Sequence record: NC_006883.2
Strand: one strand, 5' to 3'
Length of the DNA: 64,000 bases
Shown here: in pieces, positions 1 through 9,465 of the stretch
Position numbering within the stretch: the stretch's first letter is position 1
How the letters are laid out: each line of letters opens with the position of its first letter
The notes under the pieces: model-generated
Told to the model about the DNA's origin: nothing
Seen by the model: the letters and a program-made list of their open reading frames with translations, nothing else
Database searches by the model: none
Made by a program: the position numbers and the translations under genes

Positions 1-2
1 GT

Positions 3-191
3 GGTGAGACAGAATTTCTTTATCAACAGAAAAAAATAAAACCAAAGAAAGGCACTGTTGTTATTTGGCCAGGTGGGTTTACTCATATGCATAGAGGTAA
101 TCCTCCAATGGATGATAAGTATATTGTTACTGGTTGGTTACAATCTGATAAAGGTGGTTTTGGGGAAAAAATAATTAAGGTTAATGGGTAA
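3..191 (+). CDS. C-terminal fragment of a 2OG-Fe(II) oxygenase (prolyl-4-hydroxylase-like), truncated by the window edge
   Basis: Hand translation: GETEFLYQQKKIKPKKGTVVIWPGGFTHMHRGNPPMDDKYIVTGW, with the GG.T.F / distal His / K-Y-I.TGW pattern of this family. Confidence 0.8.
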   Translation, partial: GETEFLYQQKKIKPKKGTVVIWPGGFTHMHRGNPPMDDKYIVTGWLQSDKGGFGEKIIKVNG

Positions 192-199
192 ACCGACCC

Positions 200-234
200 T
201 TGACATATAACGTAAACTTATGTTAATATAAATA
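200..234 (+). promoter_or_regulatory. Overlapping sigma70-like promoter and T4-type late promoter
   Basis: TTGACA at 200-205, TAATAT at 224-229 (18-bp spacer), TATAAATA at 227-234. Confidence 0.7.
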
Positions 235-324
235 CATCATACAAAGGAATCGAAAGATCGTACCCCTACGTAGATGTAAAACAGAATCCCATGTCGGGGA
301 TTCTATCATCCGCAGGGGTTTTTT
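235..324 (+). ncRNA. Candidate structured leader or small RNA (unassigned)
   Basis: ATC-GAAA-GAT tetraloop hairpin at 249-258; ACCCCTaCG 262-270 pairs with CGcAGGGGT 311-319; inner perfect stem AGAATCCC 283-290 / GGGATTCT 297-304; T-run 319-324. Confidence 0.5.
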
Positions 325-355
325 AGTCCCGTGCGAGATAATAATAAACAAAAAA

Positions 356-745
356 ATGTCTATTAAATCAACAATCGCAGCTCTTGCTGCATCACCTTTC
401 CTATTCGCTGGAGCCGCTTTTGCTGGTCCTTACGTGAATGTAGAGGCAAACGCATCATATCCTGATGGAGACTACACAGGTGCTACTACAGACGTTGCTG
501 TAGGTTTCGATGGATCTACTTCTGAAGGTAAGATCGCATACTACATCCAAGGTGGTCCTGCTTTCGTTCACAGTGAGTCTGCTGACGATACTGAGACTGA
601 GTTCTCTGGTAAGGCAGGTGCTTCTCTAGCAGTTAACGAAGATCTTTCAGTTTATGCTGAGATCTCTGGTATCTCTGATGAAGATTCAACTGGCGATGAC
701 ATCGTAAACTTCGGTGGTAAAATCGGTGCTAAGTTCGTATTCTAA
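356..745 (+). CDS. Exported small beta-barrel-like protein (cyanophage family found next to pstS; probably PhCOG173/DUF680-like)
   Basis: Signal peptide ending AFA-GPY, alternating beta-strand pattern, C-terminal Phe; similar to 980..1336. Confidence 0.6.
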   Translation: MSIKSTIAALAASPFLFAGAAFAGPYVNVEANASYPDGDYTGATTDVAVGFDGSTSEGKIAYYIQGGPAFVHSESADDTETEFSGKAGASLAVNEDLSVYAEISGISDEDSTGDDIVNFGGKIGAKFVF

Positions 746-768
746 ATATTAGGAGTTCGAGATGGATC

Positions 769-798
769 AAGACCTCTGCTTTGCAGGGGTCTTTTTTT
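769..798 (+). terminator. Rho-independent terminator
   Basis: AAGACCTCTGC-ttt-GCAGGGGTCTT followed by a T-run. Confidence 0.85.
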
Positions 799-892
799 AT
801 GTGTTGAAGATTACACAGAGATTAAGAAATATAACACAAATATAAAGAAAATGGTAAAAAAATGGTGTCATAGTGATACAGTATAAACGGAT

Positions 893-947
893 ACTAAACT
901 TCCCTTAACCTTCTCTTAGTTTACATATCAATTAAATTTGATATAAT
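893..947 (+). promoter_or_regulatory. Pho-box-like direct repeats plus extended -10, upstream of the 980-pstS operon
   Basis: ACTAAACT (893), CTTAACCT (904), CTTAGTTT (915) at an 11-bp period, matching the cyanobacterial PyTTAAPyPy(T/A) PhoB/SphR box; TGaTATAAT at 939-947. Confidence 0.6.
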
Positions 948-979
948 GTATAGATATTACAGTTTCTTTAAAAAAACTA

Positions 980-1336
980 ATGAAAGCATTCGCAGTTGTC
1001 CTGCTCGCACTTGGTGTATCAGCACCAGCATTTGCAGGCCCGTATGTATCCACCAAGTCCGAATTTAAAGGTAATGAGGATGGATACAGTAAAGCAGCAA
1101 ACCAAGCACGAATCGGAAACACCTTCGATATTGGATTGGGTAAATCCTATATTGAAGCAGGTGGTGGTATTGTATCTCCTGATAGTGGAGATAGTGAAGG
1201 ATTCAAGGTTGCTGAAGTTGGAACCAAGTTTAAGGTAACAGACTCACTCTCTGCTAAAGCAAAGTTTGAGCACAAGTGGTCTCCCGATGATGAGAGAGAC
1301 TGGAAATTTGAAGTAGCAACAAAGTACAAATTCTAA
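980..1336 (+). CDS. Exported small beta-barrel-like protein (PhCOG173/DUF680-like), directly upstream of pstS
   Basis: Signal peptide ending AFA-GPY, C-terminal KYKF; paralog of 356..745. Confidence 0.65.
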   Translation: MKAFAVVLLALGVSAPAFAGPYVSTKSEFKGNEDGYSKAANQARIGNTFDIGLGKSYIEAGGGIVSPDSGDSEGFKVAEVGTKFKVTDSLSAKAKFEHKWSPDDERDWKFEVATKYKF

Positions 1337-1346
1337 GGACTAGATA

Positions 1347-2312
1347 ATGAAAAAAACTCTACTAATCGCAGCAGCATTATTCACTGCTGTATCTCCTGTA
1401 ATGGCAGGAGGAAGACTAAGTGGTGCTGGTGCATCATTCCCATCTAAAATTTACACTAGATGGTTTGCTGATCTTGCAAAAGAGAAGGGTGCTCCAAGAG
1501 TAAACTATCAGGCAGTTGGTTCTGGTAGTGGTCGTAAGGCATTTATTGATGAGACAGTTAACTTCGGTGCGTCTGATGATCCTATGAAGGACAAGGATAT
1601 TGCCAAGGTGAAGAGAGGACTAGTTCAAATTCCTATGACAGGAGGTACTATTGCTTTTGGATACAACAACCCTGGCTGTGATCTCAAACTTACACAGCAA
1701 AAAGCAGTTGAAGTTGCAATGGGACAAGTCACTAACTGGTCTGAACTTGGATGTGATGACAAAAAACTTACTTGGGCTCACAGATCCGATGGATCAGGCA
1801 CAACTAAGGCATTCACAAACTCAATGCAAGCGTTCTCAAAAACATGGACACTAGGTACAGGTAAGTCAGTTGCTTGGCCTGCTGGTGTAGGTGGTAAGGG
1901 TAATGCTGGTGTTGCTGGTGTCATCAGAAATACTGATGGTGCTATTGGTTATGTGAACCAGTCATACATTGATGAGAATGTTAGAGCTGCTGCATTGCAG
2001 AATCTATCTGGTGAGTTCTTGAAACCATCTGTTGAGGCAGGTGCAAAAGCACTTAATGGTATTACCTTAGATGAAAATCTTGCAGGTACTAATCCAAACC
2101 CAACCGCAAAGGGAGCATACCCTATAGCAACGTTGACTTGGATACTTGCATATGAGAATGGTAATGGTAGAAATACTAAACCAGTTAAGACTGCATTGAG
2201 CAGACTCTTAAGTGATGAGTATCAAGATAAAGCACCTAGTTTAGGATTCGTTCCTCTTAAAGGTGATATTCTTGAGAAGGCAAGAGGTGCGGTTGAAAGA
2301 ATAGGTAAGTAG
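1347..2312 (+). CDS. pstS: Phosphate ABC transporter substrate-binding protein
   Basis: GAGASFP, YQAVGSGSG, FGASD, RSDGSGTT and AYPI motifs. Confidence 0.97.
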   Translation: MKKTLLIAAALFTAVSPVMAGGRLSGAGASFPSKIYTRWFADLAKEKGAPRVNYQAVGSGSGRKAFIDETVNFGASDDPMKDKDIAKVKRGLVQIPMTGGTIAFGYNNPGCDLKLTQQKAVEVAMGQVTNWSELGCDDKKLTWAHRSDGSGTTKAFTNSMQAFSKTWTLGTGKSVAWPAGVGGKGNAGVAGVIRNTDGAIGYVNQSYIDENVRAAALQNLSGEFLKPSVEAGAKALNGITLDENLAGTNPNPTAKGAYPIATLTWILAYENGNGRNTKPVKTALSRLLSDEYQDKAPSLGFVPLKGDILEKARGAVERIGK

Positions 2313-2335
2313 ATAATTGTTAAATAATGTGTTAG

Positions 2336-2363
2336 AATGGGAGGGTAATACCTCCCATTTTTT
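2336..2363 (+). terminator. Rho-independent terminator
   Basis: AATGGGAGG-gtaata-CCTCCCATT plus TTTT. Confidence 0.85.
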
Positions 2364-2374
2364 ATAGGAGTAAT

Positions 2375-2572
2375 ATGGATCCTAATAAAGATTGTTCTCC
2401 CAAATGGAGGAAGTGGTGTATGGCTTGTTGCTCAACGCAACTATGGATACTACCAGCAATGTTATTGATAGTATTGATTAGTATTGAATATCAACATACA
2501 CAAGCACATAATAATGCCCAAGATGGTATTGATGTGCATGGGTGGTGCAAACAAGCAGGATTTAAACAATAA
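2375..2572 (+). CDS. Small membrane protein
   Basis: AGGAG RBS, one hydrophobic segment. Confidence 0.6.
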   Translation: MDPNKDCSPKWRKWCMACCSTQLWILPAMLLIVLISIEYQHTQAHNNAQDGIDVHGWCKQAGFKQ

Positions 2573-2618
2573 AAATCATATATAAAGAAAAGCATTTGTG
2601 TAAGACATAAAGTTTGAG

Positions 2619-2879
2619 ATGGAGAACATTAGAATAAGATGTCGCTCTTGTGGTAAAGAGGTGATAGGTTGTGCTGGTAAATCAGTCTCGTGCGGATGCC
2701 CTAATATGGCATCCGTTATCGGGGATGTAGTGTCTGCTAAAGATATGGATCAGGTGATTATGCTTAATTCTTATATGCCAAAAAAAGAACAAAAAGAAGG
2801 GTTAACCGATCAAGATTTGTTATGGCAAGAACAAAGAAGGAAGCGTAAAGTGCGTAAGTTGGATTTTGAAGTTAGATAA
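2619..2879 (+). CDS. Zn-ribbon-like hypothetical protein
   Basis: CRSC...CGC motif. Confidence 0.7.
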   Translation: MENIRIRCRSCGKEVIGCAGKSVSCGCPNMASVIGDVVSAKDMDQVIMLNSYMPKKEQKEGLTDQDLLWQEQRRKRKVRKLDFEVR

Positions 2880-2954
2880 ATATTAATACTTAAATCCACA
2901 ACTCACTGTGTAGCTTTTGGTGGGGAGGTTTAAGAGAAGCATTTTAAAACTTAA

Positions 2955-3116
2955 ATGACTGACAGTTCTATTGAATCTGAACTTAAAGAAGTCCATAAGA
3001 AATTGGACGATATTGAAAAGAAGCAAGAGATGATGAATAAGTTGTATCAGATAGACAGAGACAAGAAAGCGAAGATGGGGGAACGACCATCTACACACAT
3101 CCACGAGATGATGTGA
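2955..3116 (+). CDS. Hypothetical 53-aa coiled-coil protein (not in ORF track)
   Basis: Hand translation MTDSSIESELKEVHKKLDDIEKKQEMMNKLYQIDRD...HEMM*. Confidence 0.6.
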   Translation: MTDSSIESELKEVHKKLDDIEKKQEMMNKLYQIDRDKKAKMGERPSTHIHEMM

Positions 3117-3155
3117 TATAATAGATACTAATACAAATAGTTCATATTGATACAT

Positions 3156-3485
3156 ATGACAGAAGAGGCAATTAAAAAAATCCTCCCTCACTTATGCTAT
3201 ACTAAAGAAGAAGTTGATGTGCTAATTCGTGCTGCTGTAGAAGAGGCAAGAGCTATTGATGAAGCATCAATGGCAAAGCATAATAGGGAGGCAACGATCA
3301 TCAGTATGATTTTAGGATTTACTTGCCTAGCATTATTTGTAGATGGTTTGCTTAGGATTCTAGGAGTCATTCCTCCATTTATGCACCTTGATGTAAACAT
3401 CATAGAGAAAGTATCTGATAGGGTTGAGATGGATGTTATGCATAAGATAAGACAAGTACCACTAGAAAGAATATTCAGAAGATGA
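3156..3485 (+). CDS. Hypothetical membrane protein
   Basis: ORF with one TM segment; stop overlaps the next start (ATGA). Confidence 0.7.
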   Translation: MTEEAIKKILPHLCYTKEEVDVLIRAAVEEARAIDEASMAKHNREATIISMILGFTCLALFVDGLLRILGVIPPFMHLDVNIIEKVSDRVEMDVMHKIRQVPLERIFRR

Positions 3486-4066
3486 AAAAAGTATTAACAG
3501 CAATAATGGCAGCATCAATGCTATTGCCTACAGGAGCATTAGCATCCTCTATCAGACCAGGTTCAAGAGTCACTCACGATTCTCTTAATTCCAAATCAAG
3601 AAAAAGTATATCAAATTGTCTTGTACTAGTAGATGATGGTGAATATGTTGAAGAGAAGTGGGAGAAATGTGAGGTAGTAATAGATGAGACAGGTGTAACA
3701 CATCCTTCAGGTAAGATTATTAATGTAGTTCAATGGACTACAGAAGAGAAAGAGTTTAATGTAGCAGGTGGAATTGTTGGTGGTGCTGCTGGTGCTACTG
3801 TAGGTTTTGCTGCTGGATTGGGTAGTTGTGCTTTTCTAGGACCATTTTGTTTGATTACAGCACCAGCAATAATGAATGGTGGAGCAATGGTTGGTGGTGC
3901 TGCTGGTGGAGTGGGAACAGGAAAGTTCTTTACTATCGTTGGTGATGATATTAATGGTAGAAGATTGATAGGAGAGGTTTACTTTAATACAGGAAAGTCA
4001 GTTAGAAAGGCATCTAAAGATTTACTCAGAACAACTGGACTAGCAGAAGGAGAGGTAAGAAGATGA
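3482..4066 (+). CDS. Exported protein with glycine-zipper-like segment
   Basis: Signal peptide; GGIVGGAAGATVGFAAG...GGAMVGGAAGG. Confidence 0.65.
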   Translation: MKKVLTAIMAASMLLPTGALASSIRPGSRVTHDSLNSKSRKSISNCLVLVDDGEYVEEKWEKCEVVIDETGVTHPSGKIINVVQWTTEEKEFNVAGGIVGGAAGATVGFAAGLGSCAFLGPFCLITAPAIMNGGAMVGGAAGGVGTGKFFTIVGDDINGRRLIGEVYFNTGKSVRKASKDLLRTTGLAEGEVRR

Positions 4067-4197
4067 TTTTAGAAACATTCCTAATTCTTGCGGCACTTCC
4101 ATTTGTAGGATTGACTCTATTCTTTGGAAGTAAGAATGGTTATTATGATAGTGATGATTATCAAGGTGATGGTTGTGCTCACGATGTAAAACGATGA
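4063..4197 (+). CDS. 44-aa single-TM protein (not in track)
   Basis: MILETFLILAALPFVGLTLFFGSKNGYYDSDDYQGDGCAHDVKR*; ATGA overlaps on both sides. Confidence 0.65.
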   Translation: MILETFLILAALPFVGLTLFFGSKNGYYDSDDYQGDGCAHDVKR

Positions 4198-4277
4198 TTA
4201 CAGCATTTCCTTTTTTCTTTGTAATTGTTATAGTTATTGGATTACATTATACCTGGCCTTTAAAATATAGAAGATGA
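4194..4277 (+). CDS. 27-aa single-TM peptide (not in track)
   Basis: MITAFPFFFVIVIVIGLHYTWPLKYRR*; ATGA-coupled. Confidence 0.5.
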   Translation: MITAFPFFFVIVIVIGLHYTWPLKYRR

Positions 4278-4369
4278 TCGACACATCACCCAGTTCGATA
4301 AGAGTATTTTTTATTATTGTTTTATCAATTGCGTGGTTGTGGATTTTTAATACTAGAAGTAGTGAATAG
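4274..4369 (+). CDS. 31-aa single-TM peptide (not in track)
   Basis: MIDTSPSSIRVFFIIVLSIAWLWIFNTRSSE*; ATGA-coupled. Confidence 0.5.
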   Translation: MIDTSPSSIRVFFIIVLSIAWLWIFNTRSSE

Positions 4370-4370
4370 C

Positions 4371-4399
4371 TTGACTAGATACCTTACATCCATTATAAT
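4371..4399 (+). promoter_or_regulatory. sigma70-like (early) promoter
   Basis: TTGACT-17bp-TATAAT. Confidence 0.8.
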
Positions 4400-4422
4400 A
4401 GTAGGGTAAACTATTCAGAGCA

Positions 4423-4638
4423 ATGACGCTTACTTCCAAATTTAAGAAAGATTTGCAGACACTTCGTGCTGCTGCCAACAAAGAATTATTTCTTGATGTA
4501 AAGAATCCAAAGCTATACAAGAAAGTTAGAAAATACTACGAACGTGAAGAAAATATAGAATTTACTGGCGAACCCCTAGAGGATTATGATATACTAATGG
4601 ATGTAATCAAAGAAGACCTCCAATCGGTTGAAGCCTAA
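4423..4638 (+). CDS. Conserved cyanophage hypothetical protein
   Basis: ORF downstream of the promoter, coupled to the next gene. Confidence 0.75.
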   Translation: MTLTSKFKKDLQTLRAAANKELFLDVKNPKLYKKVRKYYEREENIEFTGEPLEDYDILMDVIKEDLQSVEA

Positions 4639-4877
4639 TGAACATTCTCCTTGAAAGATTCCCTTATCGTTATGTTGAGAACGGAACTTTAGAAAACGGT
4701 AAACCTGATTTCCGCATCCAAAAGATGAGTTCTTATTCTCCTAGATGGAAGGATATGTATCTCTGTGATAATGGAATGCAACTTACTCAAGCTATGGAAG
4801 ACTTTGAGTATACTAAATGGCTTGATCCTGATGGTGTTCCTTGCTATACTAAAGATGAAGCAAGGAGTTACTCATGA
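4638..4877 (+). CDS. Conserved cyanophage hypothetical protein
   Basis: ORF with TAATG coupling. Confidence 0.75.
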   Translation: MNILLERFPYRYVENGTLENGKPDFRIQKMSSYSPRWKDMYLCDNGMQLTQAMEDFEYTKWLDPDGVPCYTKDEARSYS

Positions 4878-5023
4878 GTGAAGAGTTCACTAGGATTGCA
4901 TCAGCACTCGAAAGAATTGCTAATGCACTAGAGCATCTACATATTGAGAAGATCGATCATGCACATATCGATGATATTGGTGAGATCCACGGTGATGTGG
5001 TAACTCATCCTAAGCAATTTTAA
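4874..5023 (+). CDS. 49-aa His-rich hypothetical protein (not in track)
   Basis: MSEEFTRIASALERIANALEHLHIEKIDHAHIDDIGEIHGDVVTHPKQF*; AGGAG RBS. Confidence 0.6.
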   Translation: MSEEFTRIASALERIANALEHLHIEKIDHAHIDDIGEIHGDVVTHPKQF

Positions 5024-5026
5024 ATA

Positions 5027-6028
5027 ATGAAAAAAGCATTAATAACAGGCATAACTGGGCAGGATGGATCTTATCTTGCCGAGTTTCTTTTGTCTAAGGG
5101 ATATGAAGTTCATGGTATTGTAAGGAGAAGTTCCCTAATCAATACTCATAGAATTGATCATATCTATGAGAAGATCACTCTTCATTATGGAGATCTAACT
5201 GATCCTGTAAATGTTATGGGTGTCATTAGGGCAGTTGAACCTGCTGAGATCTATAATCTTGGTGCTCAAAGTCATGTTAAAGTTTCCTTTGAGATGCCAG
5301 AGTATACTTCTAATGTTGATGCTTTAGGAACTCTTAGAATACTTGAAGCAGTTCGTATGTTGGGAATGGAGAAAGATGTTCGCATCTATCAGGCATCTAC
5401 CAGCGAACTGTATGGTGGTGTTCTAGGCACTCCACTATCAGAAACCACACCATTTCATCCACGCTCTCCTTATGGTGTAGCAAAGTTGTATGGTTATTGG
5501 ATCATCAAGAATTATCGTGAGTCATATGGATTCCACGCTAGTTCTGGTATTCTCTTCAATCACGAATCTCCAAGAAGAGGTGAGACATTTGTAACTCGTA
5601 AGATTACACAAGGTTTATCTAAGATCTCTGTTGGATTACAGAAGATTCTTTATCTTGGTAATCTTAATGCTAAGAGGGATTGGGGACACGCAAAGGATTA
5701 TGTTGAAGCGATGTGGTTAATGTTGCAACAGGATGAACCCGATGATTATGTGATTGCTACAGGTGAACAGTATTCTGTTAGAGACTTTGTGAATGAAGCA
5801 GCACCCTATTTTGGTTTTAAACTAGAATGGATGGGTGAAGGTGAAGACGAGATTGCTCTCGATTGGAATACTAAAAAAACAATCATCGGAATCAACCCTA
5901 GATACTTCAGACCTGCAGAAGTGGATTCATTATTAGGTGATGCTACAAAAGCAAAAGAAGTTTTAGGTTGGGAACCTAAGATTAAATTTAAAGAATTGGT
6001 TGAGGACATGTGCATTTATGGACAGTAA
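5027..6028 (+). CDS. gmd: GDP-mannose 4,6-dehydratase
   Basis: [46 protein letters not shown]. Confidence 0.97.
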   Translation: MKKALITGITGQDGSYLAEFLLSKGYEVHGIVRRSSLINTHRIDHIYEKITLHYGDLTDPVNVMGVIRAVEPAEIYNLGAQSHVKVSFEMPEYTSNVDALGTLRILEAVRMLGMEKDVRIYQASTSELYGGVLGTPLSETTPFHPRSPYGVAKLYGYWIIKNYRESYGFHASSGILFNHESPRRGETFVTRKITQGLSKISVGLQKILYLGNLNAKRDWGHAKDYVEAMWLMLQQDEPDDYVIATGEQYSVRDFVNEAAPYFGFKLEWMGEGEDEIALDWNTKKTIIGINPRYFRPAEVDSLLGDATKAKEVLGWEPKIKFKELVEDMCIYGQ

Positions 6029-6953
6029 TAGTAAAGTATTCGTTGCAGGGCATAAAGGTCTTGTAGGATCTGCGATATATCGTAATCTAGAATCTAAGCA
6101 TTATCAAAATATCTATTGGATAGGAAGAGATAACTGTGATCTAAGAAATAAGTTAGAGGTTGATGCATACTTTAAGCAATCGAAACCTGAGTATGTATTT
6201 CTTGCTGCTGCTAAGGTAGGTGGTATAGGTGGTAACTCTACCTATCCTGCCGATTTCATCTATGACAATCTGATGATTCAGACAAATGTTATTGATGCTG
6301 CATATCGTAATGGAGTTAAGAAACTATTGTTTCTAGGTTCATCTTGCATCTATCCTAAGTTTCCAAAGATACCTATTACAGAGGATCAGTTACTTGCTAG
6401 TCCTTTGGAAGAATCTAATAGTGCTTATGCAATTGCAAAGATAGCAGGTATGAGGATGTGTCAAGCATATCGTCAGCAGTATGGATTTAATGCAATATCA
6501 TTAATGCCTACTAATCTATACGGACCTAATGATAATTTTGATATTAATAATGGTCATGTATTACCATCACTCATCGCTAAGTTCCACGGATCACTTGAGA
6601 AGAGTGAGCACTGGGTTGTTAAGTTATGGGGTGATGGATCTCCGAAGAGAGAGTTCCTTCATGTTGATGATCTAGCAGAAGCTTGTGTTAAGTGTATGCA
6701 AGAGTATGATGATGAAGAACACATTAATGTTGGCACAGGTGAAGATGTAACTATCAAAGAACTTGCTGAAACTATTGTTGATGTGGTAGGATATAAGAAC
6801 CATTATGAATGGGATACCAGCAAACCAAATGGAACTCCACGCAAAGTATTGAATGTGGATAAGATGAAGTCACTTGGTTGGGAACCTAAGATTGGTCTTA
6901 GGGAAGGTATTGAATCTACTTATGAGTGGTATAAAGAAAATGTCAGAGACTAA
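6018..6953 (+). CDS. fcl: GDP-L-fucose synthase (Fcl/WcaG)
   Basis: [48 protein letters not shown]; start moved to the internal ATG (MDSNSK). Confidence 0.95.
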   Translation: MDSNSKVFVAGHKGLVGSAIYRNLESKHYQNIYWIGRDNCDLRNKLEVDAYFKQSKPEYVFLAAAKVGGIGGNSTYPADFIYDNLMIQTNVIDAAYRNGVKKLLFLGSSCIYPKFPKIPITEDQLLASPLEESNSAYAIAKIAGMRMCQAYRQQYGFNAISLMPTNLYGPNDNFDINNGHVLPSLIAKFHGSLEKSEHWVVKLWGDGSPKREFLHVDDLAEACVKCMQEYDDEEHINVGTGEDVTIKELAETIVDVVGYKNHYEWDTSKPNGTPRKVLNVDKMKSLGWEPKIGLREGIESTYEWYKENVRD

Positions 6954-7800
6954 AAGAATCCTTATTCTTGGATCAAGTGGTCAGATAGGAGCATACCTAA
7001 CAGAATACTTTAAGAAAAAAGATTATGATGTTAGGGAGTTTGATATTGTAAATGGTGAAGATCAAGACATTAGAAAGTTTGAGAGTTCAACTTTACACGC
7101 AGCGATTAGTACTGCTGACTTTATTTTCTTCCTTGCCTTTGATGTTGGTGGATCAAGGTACTTGAAAAAGTATCAACATACCTTTGATTTCATTCATAAC
7201 AACTCAAGGATAATGGTAAATGCCTTTGATTATATAAAAAGGTATGAAAAACCGTTCGTTTTCGCATCATCTCAGATGTCGAACATGGGTCATTCACCCT
7301 ACGGTGTTCTTAAAAATGTAGGAGAACTGTATACAAAATCCTTAAATGGGTTGGTAGTTAAGTTCTGGAACATATATGGTATAGAAAAGGATATGGATAA
7401 GTCCCATGTGATTACTGATTTCATTAAAAAGGGATTTGAAACTGGCACTATTGACATGATTACAGATGGCACGGAAGAAAGGGAATTTCTATACGCTGAA
7501 GATTGTTGCGAAGCGTTGGATACGGTTATGTCTAAGTACTCTGAGTTCACTAGCGATAATGATCTTCATATTACTTCTGGCAATTCTACAAGTATTTTGG
7601 AGATTGGTAGAGAAATACAAAAGTTATTCAAAGGTATCGGTAAGGAAATCGAGGTTGTCCCCTCTGAAGAGAAGGATGTTGTACAGAAGGACGCAAGAAA
7701 TATCGCAGATCCATTCTTTAGAAAATGGTGGGAACCAAAAACTTCCTTAGTAGAAGGTATCGGTAAAGTGTTTAATGAGATGAAAAATGACAAAGGTTAG
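6940..7800 (+). CDS. NAD-dependent epimerase/dehydratase (extended SDR)
   Basis: ILGSSGQIG Rossmann motif, YGVLK (YxxxK), REFLYAEDC. Confidence 0.85.
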   Translation: MSETKRILILGSSGQIGAYLTEYFKKKDYDVREFDIVNGEDQDIRKFESSTLHAAISTADFIFFLAFDVGGSRYLKKYQHTFDFIHNNSRIMVNAFDYIKRYEKPFVFASSQMSNMGHSPYGVLKNVGELYTKSLNGLVVKFWNIYGIEKDMDKSHVITDFIKKGFETGTIDMITDGTEEREFLYAEDCCEALDTVMSKYSEFTSDNDLHITSGNSTSILEIGREIQKLFKGIGKEIEVVPSEEKDVVQKDARNIADPFFRKWWEPKTSLVEGIGKVFNEMKNDKG

Positions 7801-8566
7801 TACGATTACACCTTGCTATAATATGGGCAAGTATATGCAAGGTTTCCTTGAGAATCTTTCTAAGCAAACTCATAAGGATATTGAGATAGTGATGGATCAT
7901 AATAATCCTTCAGATGAAGAGGTTACTATGATTGAAGAATATAATGAAATCTATGATAATATCTTTCACATTCAAGTAGAAGGTGTTGATCCTATTGGCA
8001 TCTCTATGAACAGATGTATTGAAAATGCGTCTGGTGAATACTTGTGTATATGGAATATAGATGATCTAAGAACACCTGATTCTGTTGAGATGATGGCAAA
8101 GGCATTAGACGATAACCCTGATGTTGATTTTGTATATGGAGACTTTACTATAGTTCCACGATTCAGATCTACTGAAGGAGAGTATGTTGATAATGCTGGT
8201 AGAGAGGATCTACTCAAGGTTGGAATGATTCTCGGACCTTTCTTTATGTTTAGGAAATCTATTCTAAAGATGACTAAGGTATTTGATGAGCAATTAGTAT
8301 CGGGTGCTGATTATGATCTAGCATTACGATTAGCTCATAATGGTAAAGGAATGCATATACCCCATAACTCAGGTTATTATCTGAATGAGGGATTAGGTGC
8401 AAGCACTAGACCAGACAGTAAGCAACCAGTAGAGAGGACTGTGATTGAAATGAGATACGGATTAGATGTTATTGACCCACGGTTGATACCTTATACAAGT
8501 GATTATGATATTGAGAATGTTCATAATGGAACTTTTAAATTTAAAGCCAAGTGTTTAGTAGCATGA
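7787..8566 (+). CDS. Glycosyltransferase family 2
   Basis: VSTITPCYN, NIDD, GADYDLALR. Confidence 0.85.
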   Translation: MTKVSTITPCYNMGKYMQGFLENLSKQTHKDIEIVMDHNNPSDEEVTMIEEYNEIYDNIFHIQVEGVDPIGISMNRCIENASGEYLCIWNIDDLRTPDSVEMMAKALDDNPDVDFVYGDFTIVPRFRSTEGEYVDNAGREDLLKVGMILGPFFMFRKSILKMTKVFDEQLVSGADYDLALRLAHNGKGMHIPHNSGYYLNEGLGASTRPDSKQPVERTVIEMRYGLDVIDPRLIPYTSDYDIENVHNGTFKFKAKCLVA

Positions 8567-9465
8567 AAGTAATTGCCTTATTGCCATTTAAAAATGAAGA
8601 ATGGTGTTTACCTGCATACCTTCACAATACAAAGGTAATCGCAGATGAGATTATTGCCATAGATGATGGATCTACCGATGATTCTGTAAAAATTTTAGAA
8701 TATGCTGGTGCAAAAGTATATTCCTCAGAAAAACTAAGGAACTTTAATTCTGGTTGGTCTGAAGGATCTATTCGTGCAGAGTTATTAAGATTAGGTAGAG
8801 AAGCAGAAGGAACTCATTTTGTTTGCTTAGATGCTGATGAATCTTTTAGTAATAACTTTGCGGTATTAGCAAAACAGATATTACCTCAAGTTAAACCAGG
8901 TAAAAAGATTGCTATGCAATGGTTGGCACTATGGAAAAGTTATACTCATTATAGACATGATTCTACTGTGTGGAGTGATAACTGGAAGGAGTTTATATTT
9001 GCAGATGATCCATCATTAAGTTATAACTCAGAACAACATATGCATCTTGGTAGAACACCTGTTTCTCCTGATGAATCTGGTGATTCTAATTGGTTGCGTA
9101 TAGATCAAAATATTGGAACCGTATTACATTTCCAATTTGCTGCATATAATAATTTCCAATTAAAGCAATCTTGGTTTAGATGTTCGGAATTAATTCAAGC
9201 ACCAGGTACAGAAGCAGCGATTAATGCTAAGTATTCTATTACATTATTAGATGATAATGTTGGTCTTAAGGAGATGCCTGAAGTTTGGTATGAGGGTATT
9301 CCTATGCCTACGATTGGATATGATCCAGAGTGGGGTGAAGATTCGTTTGCTAGAAAGGATCTATTACCAGGTATAATGAAGTACTTTGATGATTATGGTG
9401 TTGAGTATTTTAAAGGTTTAGATATTTGGCACATACCACAACTAAAGGAAAGATTAGATGGGTAA
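8563..9465 (+). CDS. GT-A fold glycosyltransferase (GT2-like)
   Basis: PFKNEE, IDDGSTDDS, CLDADE. Confidence 0.8.
   Translation: MKVIALLPFKNEEWCLPAYLHNTKVIADEIIAIDDGSTDDSVKILEYAGAKVYSSEKLRNFNSGWSEGSIRAELLRLGREAEGTHFVCLDADESFSNNFAVLAKQILPQVKPGKKIAMQWLALWKSYTHYRHDSTVWSDNWKEFIFADDPSLSYNSEQHMHLGRTPVSPDESGDSNWLRIDQNIGTVLHFQFAAYNNFQLKQSWFRCSELIQAPGTEAAINAKYSITLLDDNVGLKEMPEVWYEGIPMPTIGYDPEWGEDSFARKDLLPGIMKYFDDYGVEYFKGLDIWHIPQLKERLDG

Noticed and set aside
866-882. TGTCATAGTGATACA palindrome as an NtcA site
   Set aside because: Spacing is TGT-N9-ACA, not the GTA-N8-TAC consensus
4880-5026. wcaG or manA RNA motif upstream of gmd/fcl
   Set aside because: The region is occupied by a 49-aa ORF and I see no matching structure
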